A program made the position numbers and the translations under genes. Source: Candidatus Flemingiibacterium sp. (GTDB lineage Bacteria; Bacillota; Clostridia; Oscillospirales; CAG-272). From it: DNA of 64,000 nucleotides. The DNA is taken from positions 7,767 to 71,766 of the forward strand of contig JAZRGK010000016.1 in NCBI GenBank assembly GCA_045644145.1, given 5' to 3'. This document shows, piece by piece, positions 44,930 to 52,275 of this stretch. The notes below the pieces were generated by a model. That model made no database searches. It worked only from the letters and a program-made list of their open reading frames with translations, and was not told the DNA's origin. Positions within the stretch are counted from its first letter, which is position 1, and the number at the start of each line of letters is the position of its first letter.

Positions 44930-46243
44930 TTAATAGAGTATATCTGAAATAAATGCCATTCCGTTTGTGTCGGAAGCGAAAATCGGAACATCGAGAATGC
45001 TTGAAAGCTCCTCCACGGTTATTGAGTCGAGGAACATATCACCCTCGGCACGGAGCATGACCGATGGAACTATAAGGCGTTCGCCAAGGGGTTTGCCGCT
45101 AAGCTGCTCGCGCAAATCTGTACCGGTGATAAGACCGGCTACGGTGATATTTTCCCCGAAGAAATTATTTTTGATACGGCACACCGTAATATCGAGTTTT
45201 TCTATGCGCCGCATAAGCTCGTCCGCAAGGGATTTTATAAAATCGTACGCCGCATATCCCGTGGCTATGGAGAGCTTTCTCGGCTTTTCAAGGTCGTAGT
45301 CTGAGAGAAATTCAAGCTCGTCCTCGAACTCGCACTGCATGGAGCGTATCATTCCAACACCGTTTTCGATCTGAGGGTACCCCTCGTAGTATTCCTCTGA
45401 CGGAAGCTCTCTGCCGCATTTAAGGTACATCTCGTCCGAGCAGAAAAACAGTCTTGAGCCGTACTTTTCCATACACTCTGCCGCAAAAGCATCAACTGTA
45501 TCAATTACGGCGGCGGTTTCTTCGGGTGTGAACGGTTCAAGAGGATAAAGCCCGTCGCGGTGATCTGTGATGCCTGCCGGAACTATGGAAACGCCTAAAA
45601 GATTCGGCGTAAGCTTCGTAAGGTCGCGCATGGAGCGCATAAGCTCCTCGCCGTCGTTTAGCCCTTTGCAAAGCACGATCTGGCAGTTTAAGGATATTCC
45701 GGCTTCTGCCAATCGGCGCATGTAGTCAAGAACCTCGCCGGCGCGCTTGTTTTTCATCATTTTTACGCGAAGCTCGGGATTTGTGGTGTGCACAGAGATG
45801 TTTATGGGTGAGGTTTTCATTTCGATGATGCGGAGTACATCTTCTTCGGTCAGATTCGTCAGAGTGATGTAGTTTCCCATAAGGAACGACAGCCTGGAAT
45901 CGTCGTCCTTGAAGTACAGTGAATCCCTCATTCCGCACGGAAGCTGGTCAATGAAGCAGAAGACGCATTTGTTGCGGCAGGACTGCTTTTTGTCCATGAG
46001 ATAGCTTTCAAAGCAAAGCCCGATATCGCCGTATTCGTTTTTTTTGATGGTTACGTCAAAGAGCTCTGCCTCACGGTGAATCTTTAGGGTTACCTTTTTT
46101 TCACACAAACGGAACTGATAGTCAAGCACGTCCCGTATATCGTGATCGTTTACCGATATCAGTATATCGCCGGGCTTTATGCCGTGTTTTTCGGCAAGTG
46201 ATGCTCTCTCAACGCCAGTTACTGTGACCATGTTTTTAACCAT
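44930..46243 (-). CDS. PDZ + radical-SAM + DUF512 protein (TIGR03279-like)
   Basis: 437 aa. The N-terminal PDZ-like segment reads GIKPGDILISVNDHDI, the CxxxCxxC motif is CRNKCVFC, and a long DUF512-type C-terminus follows. It is typically upstream of der in Clostridia. Confidence 0.8.
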   Translation of the reverse strand: MVKNMVTVTGVERASLAEKHGIKPGDILISVNDHDIRDVLDYQFRLCEKKVTLKIHREAELFDVTIKKNEYGDIGLCFESYLMDKKQSCRNKCVFCFIDQLPCGMRDSLYFKDDDSRLSFLMGNYITLTNLTEEDVLRIIEMKTSPINISVHTTNPELRVKMMKNKRAGEVLDYMRRLAEAGISLNCQIVLCKGLNDGEELMRSMRDLTKLTPNLLGVSIVPAGITDHRDGLYPLEPFTPEETAAVIDTVDAFAAECMEKYGSRLFFCSDEMYLKCGRELPSEEYYEGYPQIENGVGMIRSMQCEFEDELEFLSDYDLEKPRKLSIATGYAAYDFIKSLADELMRRIEKLDITVCRIKNNFFGENITVAGLITGTDLREQLSGKPLGERLIVPSVMLRAEGDMFLDSITVEELSSILDVPIFASDTNGMAFISDILY

Positions 46244-46269
46244 AGCTTTCGCTAAGCAAAAGCTTCCTT

Positions 46270-46812
46270 TTAATCAAGCTCCACGAAATTTATCTCGTGA
46301 TGTGTTGCAGGAATTACTTTTTCAAGCAAGTCCTTTGTAGAAAATCTGAGGCTCGAAGTGTTGATGCAGGGATGGCATCCGAAGTTTTCGTCTGCCACAA
46401 CGTCACGGTCTATGTATAGGGTGATATTGTTTTCTGTATCGTTCATCAAACCCAGAACCGAAAGCGAGCCGGGAGTGATGTCGAGAAATTTTTCCATAAA
46501 TTCCGGCGGCGCGAAAGAGAGCCTGGATGAGCCGATTTTCTTGGAAAAATCTTTAGTAACAAACTGCTTGTCACCTGACATCAAAAGCATATAGAACTTT
46601 GTTTTCTGAGAGTTGCATAAGAGCAGATTCTTGCATATTTTCACGCCAAGTATAGCCTTAGCTTCGGCGCACTGCTCCATAGTGTTCGCCGCCTCATGAT
46701 CGATACGCACATAAGGTACACCGATGGAATCAAGGAGTGCATAAGAGCGCATCTCCTTAGGCAGGCGCTCATCTGAGGGCGCGGAAGCGTAGAGAGTTTT
46801 GTCAATGTACAT
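46270..46812 (-). CDS. YbaK/ProX-like aminoacyl-tRNA deacylase domain protein (prolyl-tRNA synthetase-associated domain)
   Basis: 180 aa. The sequence has CKNLLLCNSQKTKFYMLLMSGDK...ITPGSLSVLGLMND...CHPCINTSSL. Confidence 0.75.
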   Translation of the reverse strand: MYIDKTLYASAPSDERLPKEMRSYALLDSIGVPYVRIDHEAANTMEQCAEAKAILGVKICKNLLLCNSQKTKFYMLLMSGDKQFVTKDFSKKIGSSRLSFAPPEFMEKFLDITPGSLSVLGLMNDTENNITLYIDRDVVADENFGCHPCINTSSLRFSTKDLLEKVIPATHHEINFVELD

Positions 46813-46814
46813 GA

Positions 46815-47648
46815 TTATTTATCCTTCTTAGGTCTTACAAAATATACTATAGCCGAGGTTACCGCCATTCCGAAGAGCACATCTGAGAGATAGTGCGCAC
46901 CGACTACTACACGGGAAATGGCAACGATCACTATCCATACACCAAGCACGGCAGTTAGCGCCGGTCGGAATCTCCGAAATCTTCCCGGAAGACTGTCAAA
47001 ATAGTAAAGGCACGACAGTATAACCGTGGCGTTTGCGGTATGCCCTGAGGGGAATGAGAAAAATCCCGTAAATCCTCTTGGCAGATACCACGGGGTGAAA
47101 AGGGAAAGATCGCCGCCAAGCTGTCTGAAACGCACACGTCCCCAAAAAAGCTTCAGTGCCCAGATTATGACGAACGTGAGGACAGCCGCTTTTGCACAGT
47201 GACATGCAGCAGAGTAGTATTTTTTCAGAGTTCTCTCACTTATCGTAAGTGCGGTGAAAATAAATATGGCGGATACAAACAGTGCCGCAAGAGCGGCATA
47301 TACCATATGAAGCGGGTGCAGGGGATATCCACGCATTTCCGCAATGTATTCCGCCGTCTGTATCATTGTGTAGGCGGATGTACCGATGCAGGCAATTGCA
47401 GAGAGGATACCAGCGGCTTTTTTCTCTGATACACGGAAATTAAAGCCCATGATAAGTGCGAAGTTAAATGATGCAAACAGAATCGCAGGCGGTTCTCCCA
47501 AAATTTCAAAAAGCCGCCCGAAAACCGAGTTTTCATCTGCTATGGCAAGGGAGATGTCAAGGTCGTATACCGATGATGCCGCAAGGGCACACAGCCAAAT
47601 TGCAAATATAGGTATAAAAAACAGCAAATATTTACTTTTTTGCTTCAT
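46815..47648 (-). CDS. PAP2-family phosphatase (membrane)
   Basis: 277 aa from ATG 47648, after GGAGAG. The PAP2 motifs are FPSGHTANA and SRVVVGAHYLSDV. It stops 2 nt before the next gene's ATG. Confidence 0.85.
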   Translation of the reverse strand: MKQKSKYLLFFIPIFAIWLCALAASSVYDLDISLAIADENSVFGRLFEILGEPPAILFASFNFALIMGFNFRVSEKKAAGILSAIACIGTSAYTMIQTAEYIAEMRGYPLHPLHMVYAALAALFVSAIFIFTALTISERTLKKYYSAACHCAKAAVLTFVIIWALKLFWGRVRFRQLGGDLSLFTPWYLPRGFTGFFSFPSGHTANATVILSCLYYFDSLPGRFRRFRPALTAVLGVWIVIVAISRVVVGAHYLSDVLFGMAVTSAIVYFVRPKKDK

Positions 47649-47742
47649 AAATCTCTCCGTAAATTGCCGCAGTAATAACACTTACGGACGAGAGGAGATC
47701 CTAATATCGGATATCCGCCCGTCCGATCATAACTTCTGCCAA

Positions 47743-48705
47743 TTAAAGCCCGAGAACAGCCGCACCAATGATGCCGGCATCGTTGCCAAGCTCGGCTATC
47801 TTAATCTGTGTGCACTTTTCATCAGCACCACCGCCATAGGTATTCTTTGCGATAATTGCCTTAAGCGGTTCTGTGAGGTACTCCTTCTCATTGCAGATGC
47901 CGCCGCCGATAACAAGTACCTCTGGTTGGAATATGTTGATCATGCTGGAAATACCGCAGGCGAGATAAGATATGTATTCGTCAACTACTTCTTTTGCAGG
48001 AATGTCGCCCTTCTTCATGGCGGCAAATGCGGTCTTGCCGCTTACCTTGCCGTCAGCGGCTACCTGCGCTGTCATCATAGTGGGGATTCCTGCTTTTTCG
48101 CATTCCTCAAGCTTTTCTTTGGTCATAGCGATAAGCGCGGTTGCGGAGCTGTACGATTCCCAACAACCGCTTCTGCCGCAGGTGCAGGGTCTTCCGCCGT
48201 GGTGGATAACCATGTGACCAAGCTCAGCGCCCTTGTAGTTGAAGCCGGAATAGATCTTGCCGTCGATGATGATACCGCCGCCAACACCTGTGCCCAGAGT
48301 TATCATAATAGCATGCTTTACACCGCGTGCCGCGCCAGCCACAGCTTCACCGAGAGCCGCCGCGTTTGCATCGTTTTCCAGATATACCTTTTTGAGCGGT
48401 ATGCAGCTTTTAAGAATATCTGCGATTGCGAAATGATCGAAGGGGAGATTGTTTGCGTAAAGCACCACGCCATTTTCGGGATCGATGGAGCCGGGGGACG
48501 CAATACCTGCACATTCGATGTCGTCAAAGGTAAGACCTGCCTTATTAACAAGCTTTGCACATAGGTCAGCCATGTCCTTGATGATTTCCTTGCCGTCACG
48601 GCTTGCATTTGTGGGAACGGAGCCCTTAGCAAGCATTTCGTATTTTTCGTTGATGATACCTATGGCAATATTAGTACCGCCAAGGTCGATACCTATATAA
48701 TTCAT
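47743..48705 (-). CDS. glcK: ROK-family glucokinase
   Basis: 320 aa. The sequence has IGIDLGGTNIA and NDANAAALGE. The ROK zinc motif is GHMVIHHGGRPCTCGRSGCWESY. Confidence 0.9.
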   Translation of the reverse strand: MNYIGIDLGGTNIAIGIINEKYEMLAKGSVPTNASRDGKEIIKDMADLCAKLVNKAGLTFDDIECAGIASPGSIDPENGVVLYANNLPFDHFAIADILKSCIPLKKVYLENDANAAALGEAVAGAARGVKHAIMITLGTGVGGGIIIDGKIYSGFNYKGAELGHMVIHHGGRPCTCGRSGCWESYSSATALIAMTKEKLEECEKAGIPTMMTAQVAADGKVSGKTAFAAMKKGDIPAKEVVDEYISYLACGISSMINIFQPEVLVIGGGICNEKEYLTEPLKAIIAKNTYGGGADEKCTQIKIAELGNDAGIIGAAVLGL

Positions 48706-48857
48706 AATAAAAACACCGCTTTAAAAGCGTTCCTTTCTGATAGAAAAAATTCTACAGTGAGTAGAATAAACACAGTTATATTATAATGTATTTTCGGACA
48801 TATGTCAAGTATTTTTAGGCAGTTAAAGAAAAGTTTTCGTCTTTTTGCAGTGCGCGG

Positions 48858-48886
48858 TTGACAAATTATTTGCCGTGGGGTAGAAT
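48858..48886 (+). promoter_or_regulatory. Sigma-A type promoter of the flavoprotein gene
   Basis: TTGACA (48858-48863), 17 nt spacer, TAGAAT (48881-48886). Confidence 0.55.
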
Positions 48887-48931
48887 ATATATGTACAGAG
48901 GTATTTTTACCCGTGAAAGGATGGAATATAC

Positions 48932-49558
48932 ATGAAAGTTTTACTCGTAAACGGAAGCCCCCACGAGCACGGATGCACATATACAGCACTTCGTGAGGTT
49001 GGAAATAGACTTTCGGCAAACGGAATAGACAGCGAGATACTGTGGCTCGGCACAGAGCCAATGAAAAGCTGCTGTGACTGCCGCGGATGCGCAAAATTAA
49101 AATGCAGATGCGTATTTGGCGGCGATGTGTTGGAAACGGCGCAGAAGCTGCTTGAATCCTGTGACGGTTTAGTTATAGGCTCGCCAGTACATTACGCAGG
49201 AGCATCGGGGCAGGTGACAAGCTTTCTCGGACGTCTTTTTTACAGTAGTTCCGCACTTCTCCAGGGCAAACCTGCATCAGCGGTGGTATCCTGCAGACGC
49301 GGCGGTGCATCTGCGGCTTATGAGTCCATAAACAAGTTTTTCGAAATGACCAATATGCCCGTTGTAACTTCTCAGTATTGGAATCAGATTCACGGCACAT
49401 GTGCCGAGGAAGCAAAGCAGGATCTTGAGGGACTTCAGACCATGCGAACACTTGCAGATAACATGGCGTGGCTTCTTAAATCTATTGAAGCCGGAAAAAA
49501 TAACGGAGTCAAATACCCCGAAAGAGAGCCGAAGATACGGACGAATTTTATCAGGTAA
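48932..49558 (+). CDS. Flavodoxin-family NAD(P)H-dependent FMN reductase / iron-sulfur flavoprotein-like
   Basis: 208 aa with an AAAGGA RBS. The sequence has MKVLLVNGSPHEHGCTY, a Cys cluster CCDCRGCAKLKCRC and GSPVHYAGASG. Confidence 0.8.
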   Translation: MKVLLVNGSPHEHGCTYTALREVGNRLSANGIDSEILWLGTEPMKSCCDCRGCAKLKCRCVFGGDVLETAQKLLESCDGLVIGSPVHYAGASGQVTSFLGRLFYSSSALLQGKPASAVVSCRRGGASAAYESINKFFEMTNMPVVTSQYWNQIHGTCAEEAKQDLEGLQTMRTLADNMAWLLKSIEAGKNNGVKYPEREPKIRTNFIR

Positions 49559-49641
49559 ATAAAATACACCTTGTCATCCGTTTAGGATCATTTTTGTGTG
49601 CTTTGCACACCCAAAACGGTGTATTTGGTCGCATACGCGCC

Positions 49642-49681
49642 AAGGTGCTGTTACAAGTTTTAAAACTTGTAACAGCACCTT
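49642..49681. terminator. Perfect 40-nt palindrome between convergent genes (bidirectional terminator candidate)
   Basis: aaggtgctgttacaagtttt/aaaacttgtaacagcacctt. All 20 positions pair. Confidence 0.65.
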
Positions 49682-49689
49682 TCTGTAGA

Positions 49690-50178
49690 TTATACACTTT
49701 GTTTCTTAGCATCTCTGTGCTTTATAAGACTTGAGATTCCGTTAACCAGCGTCATTGAAACGGCAAAGCCGAGGGCAATTCCAAGAGCAGTACCGATGGT
49801 TCGAGAACCGTAATAGAAAAGCCTATCTTTATCGTAGAAAAGAATGTTGTATATGGTATAGTAAAGTCCGCTTCCGGGGACTATCGGTATTGCGCAGGGG
49901 AGAAAGAAGATGGGCGCAGGAGAGCGCATCTTTCTCGCCATAATTTCCGAATACAGCGTCATAAAAATCGATGCGCCAAAGGCGCATACAAGTGGGGTTC
50001 CGCCGAGAACTGCCACAAGCTCATACACTGCAGAGGTAAAAAGACCGCCGAGAGTAGCCGCTGTAATCTTTCCTTTCGGCACGCCCATAATTATTGCAAA
50101 TCCCAGTGTGCCGAACGCCGATGTTATAAGACGTGTCACAATATCCAAAGTTGTATCGGGGGTTAGAAGAACAGACAT
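49690..50178 (-). CDS. Threonine/serine exporter family protein (ThrE_2-type small subunit)
   Basis: 162 aa. The ATG overlaps the upstream stop by 1 nt (TAATG). It is a 5-TM protein reading MSVLLTPDTTLDIVTRLITSAFGTLGFAIIMG. Confidence 0.75.
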   Translation of the reverse strand: MSVLLTPDTTLDIVTRLITSAFGTLGFAIIMGVPKGKITAATLGGLFTSAVYELVAVLGGTPLVCAFGASIFMTLYSEIMARKMRSPAPIFFLPCAIPIVPGSGLYYTIYNILFYDKDRLFYYGSRTIGTALGIALGFAVSMTLVNGISSLIKHRDAKKQSV

Positions 50179-50978
50179 TACAGACCACCTCCCGCAATAA
50201 TCAGCGCAGGCGCAAGTCCGAGAGCGATCATAAGAGCAATGATCACCGCCTGCACAAGTCTTGATGAGCCTGTGAGTGTGTCGCCGCACAGCAGGTCGCG
50301 CATTGCGTTTCCGAGAGAAAGTCCCGGTATCATAAGCATTATTTCGCCGATGAGTATCATGTCAAGGTTGTCGCCGAAGCCGAGACGAACCAAAAGACAG
50401 GAAGAAAGTGCTGCGGCAAAGGATGTAATCATAGTTTTTATCATTTTGCTGAAGTTGTCGAAGTTTATTGCGCTGAAAAGTGCTACTACAACTCCTGCAA
50501 GTGCCGCCGCCATACCGTCAAAGAGCGTTCCTCCGAAGAATATGGCAAAGCTTCCTGCCCCAAGCATATTTCCTAACACTGTAAGAGGAAAGGGATATGT
50601 GGATTTGCTCTTTATTTTTCGTATTTCCTCATCGACTTTCTCGATCGGCATTGGGTTTTCGCAGATTTTTCGGGAGAGGGCGTTATATTCCTCAATTCGC
50701 GAAAGATTGGCTGAGTTTGAGAAAATGCGCCTTGACTGAGTGGAGTGACTGCCGTCAGGCATATATACAGCCGTAATTATCAGAGATTGTATGGAGAACA
50801 CGTCAACATGACGAGCTCCGTATGCCCTGCATACTTTTTCTATAGCTATTTCCACGCGGTGTACCTCGGCATCGCATTTAAGCATACCTTCACCGATATC
50901 AAGAGCTATGCGTGCCACGTTGTCAGCGAAGCTTCCTGTGCATCCGACAGTGGCTTGAATTTCGCTTTGATTTGTCAT
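50178..50978 (-). CDS. Threonine/serine exporter ThrE-family protein (large subunit)
   Basis: 266 aa with a GGAGGA RBS. The N-terminal soluble helical part reads ARIALDIGEGMLKCDAEVHRVEIAIEKV, followed by a 5-TM domain. Confidence 0.75.
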   Translation of the reverse strand: MTNQSEIQATVGCTGSFADNVARIALDIGEGMLKCDAEVHRVEIAIEKVCRAYGARHVDVFSIQSLIITAVYMPDGSHSTQSRRIFSNSANLSRIEEYNALSRKICENPMPIEKVDEEIRKIKSKSTYPFPLTVLGNMLGAGSFAIFFGGTLFDGMAAALAGVVVALFSAINFDNFSKMIKTMITSFAAALSSCLLVRLGFGDNLDMILIGEIMLMIPGLSLGNAMRDLLCGDTLTGSSRLVQAVIIALMIALGLAPALIIAGGGL

Positions 50979-51109
50979 TTATCCTCCGAATGTTTAACCC
51001 TCTGCCGGACAGGCAGACGGGCACATTATGTATGTGCTTAGTATATCACGGCGTTTTCCGTTTGTCAATAGCCGGACCATATTCTGATAATATTTCTGTA
51101 AATGCAGAT

Positions 51110-51157
51110 AAAAATGCACGCACAGAAACAGTATGGCTTCTGTGCGTGCATTTTTTT
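51110..51157 (-). terminator. Terminator after the M23 peptidase gene
   Basis: 14-bp GC-containing stem atgcacgcacagaa/ttctgtgcgtgcat extended by A/T pairs, with a 10-nt loop. A T-run follows on the plus strand, and the flanking A-run gives the T-run for the minus-strand gene. Confidence 0.7.
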
Positions 51158-51165
51158 GTTCGGTG

Positions 51166-51945
51166 TTATTCTGCGTAAACGGTTTCCTGAGGGGAACTTA
51201 TCCCCATATATTCGAGAGGATCCACATAGCTTCCGTTTACCTTCATTTCAAGATGAAGGTGCGGCTCTTCCGATATCTCAATAAGTGCGCTTTCACCGAT
51301 CGCACCGATAGACTGCCCCATTGATACCTTATCACCTACGGACAAGTTTGCGGCAGAATCTTCGGAAAGATTCATATATGTGGTGTATATGCTCTCGCCG
51401 TGGTCGATGGTTACGCATCTTCCCATAAGCTTGTCGTTCCATATCTTGCACACAGTTCCGCTTGATGCGGAAAGTACGTCTGTACCTATCGGTGCGGCAA
51501 TATCAACGCCGGTATGCGCACGGTAGTCATTCATTGTGAGAGAATATACGGGAATGTCTATTTCGAATTCTTTAGCCACTGTGCCCGCAGTTGGTATAAC
51601 GAAGTATCGGATGTCAACAGATGTGGGGGTGCTGTCATTCGCCGATGCGGATACTGTGTCGGACGCATTCTCGGGGGGATTGGTTTCGGATGGATTCTGT
51701 ATCGCAGGTGTTCCCGCGGTGTCGGCGGGACGGACTACTGGTTCTGTGTCGGGAATTTTTTGATCATCGTTCTTGGCGGATGTTGAAACTGAAGTGTCAC
51801 TTGTTGTGGGAAGCTTATCGTCTGTACTTGTGCGGCGGCGCGAAGCCACTGTAAATACCGATATCAGGACTACGCATACGAGCATTGCACTGAGCAGAAG
51901 ATAAATGACACTGTTGATGGAATTTTTCTTTGATTTGTTCTCCAT
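51166..51945 (-). CDS. M23-family metallopeptidase (peptidoglycan DD-endopeptidase-like), membrane anchored
   Basis: 259 aa. It has an N-terminal TM helix and a Ser/Thr/Pro-rich linker. The M23 motifs are HTGVDIAAPIGTDV, DHGESIYTTYMNL and PHLHLEM. Confidence 0.85.
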   Translation of the reverse strand: MENKSKKNSINSVIYLLLSAMLVCVVLISVFTVASRRRTSTDDKLPTTSDTSVSTSAKNDDQKIPDTEPVVRPADTAGTPAIQNPSETNPPENASDTVSASANDSTPTSVDIRYFVIPTAGTVAKEFEIDIPVYSLTMNDYRAHTGVDIAAPIGTDVLSASSGTVCKIWNDKLMGRCVTIDHGESIYTTYMNLSEDSAANLSVGDKVSMGQSIGAIGESALIEISEEPHLHLEMKVNGSYVDPLEYMGISSPQETVYAE

Positions 51946-52182
51946 GTAATATTACCAACCTTTCAAAATTTAGCATGTATTTGTTATTTGTAATCGGTTT
52001 GGTAATATTGTTGACCGTGCGGACGAAGTTATACACATTGGAGAAAAGTTGTTTTTTAATCTGTGCGTGTTATCAATGAAGGCTATATATTAGCGAAGAA
52101 GTCAGACATACTGTGCCCCGAACTAAACACTTTACGAGCGACGGATTTTTAAAAATTTTACATATACAGACATATATTTCTA

Positions 52183-52211
52183 TTGACTTTTTTTACTATA
52201 CAGTGTATAAT
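52183..52211 (+). promoter_or_regulatory. Sigma-A type promoter of the 922-aa surface protein gene
   Basis: TTGACT (52183-52188), 17 nt spacer, TATAAT (52206-52211). A 9-bp 5'-UTR hairpin ataatgata/tatcattat follows at 52222-52243. Confidence 0.6.
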
Positions 52212-52275
52212 ATTGATACATATAATGATAATGGTATCATTATGTAAATAAAAGGAGAAAGAAAGGGAAAACACA

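Noticed and set aside
47386-48564. 392-aa ORF on the plus strand
   Set aside because: It is antisense to the PAP2 and glucokinase genes, spans their intergenic gap and matches no recognisable family. It is a shadow ORF.
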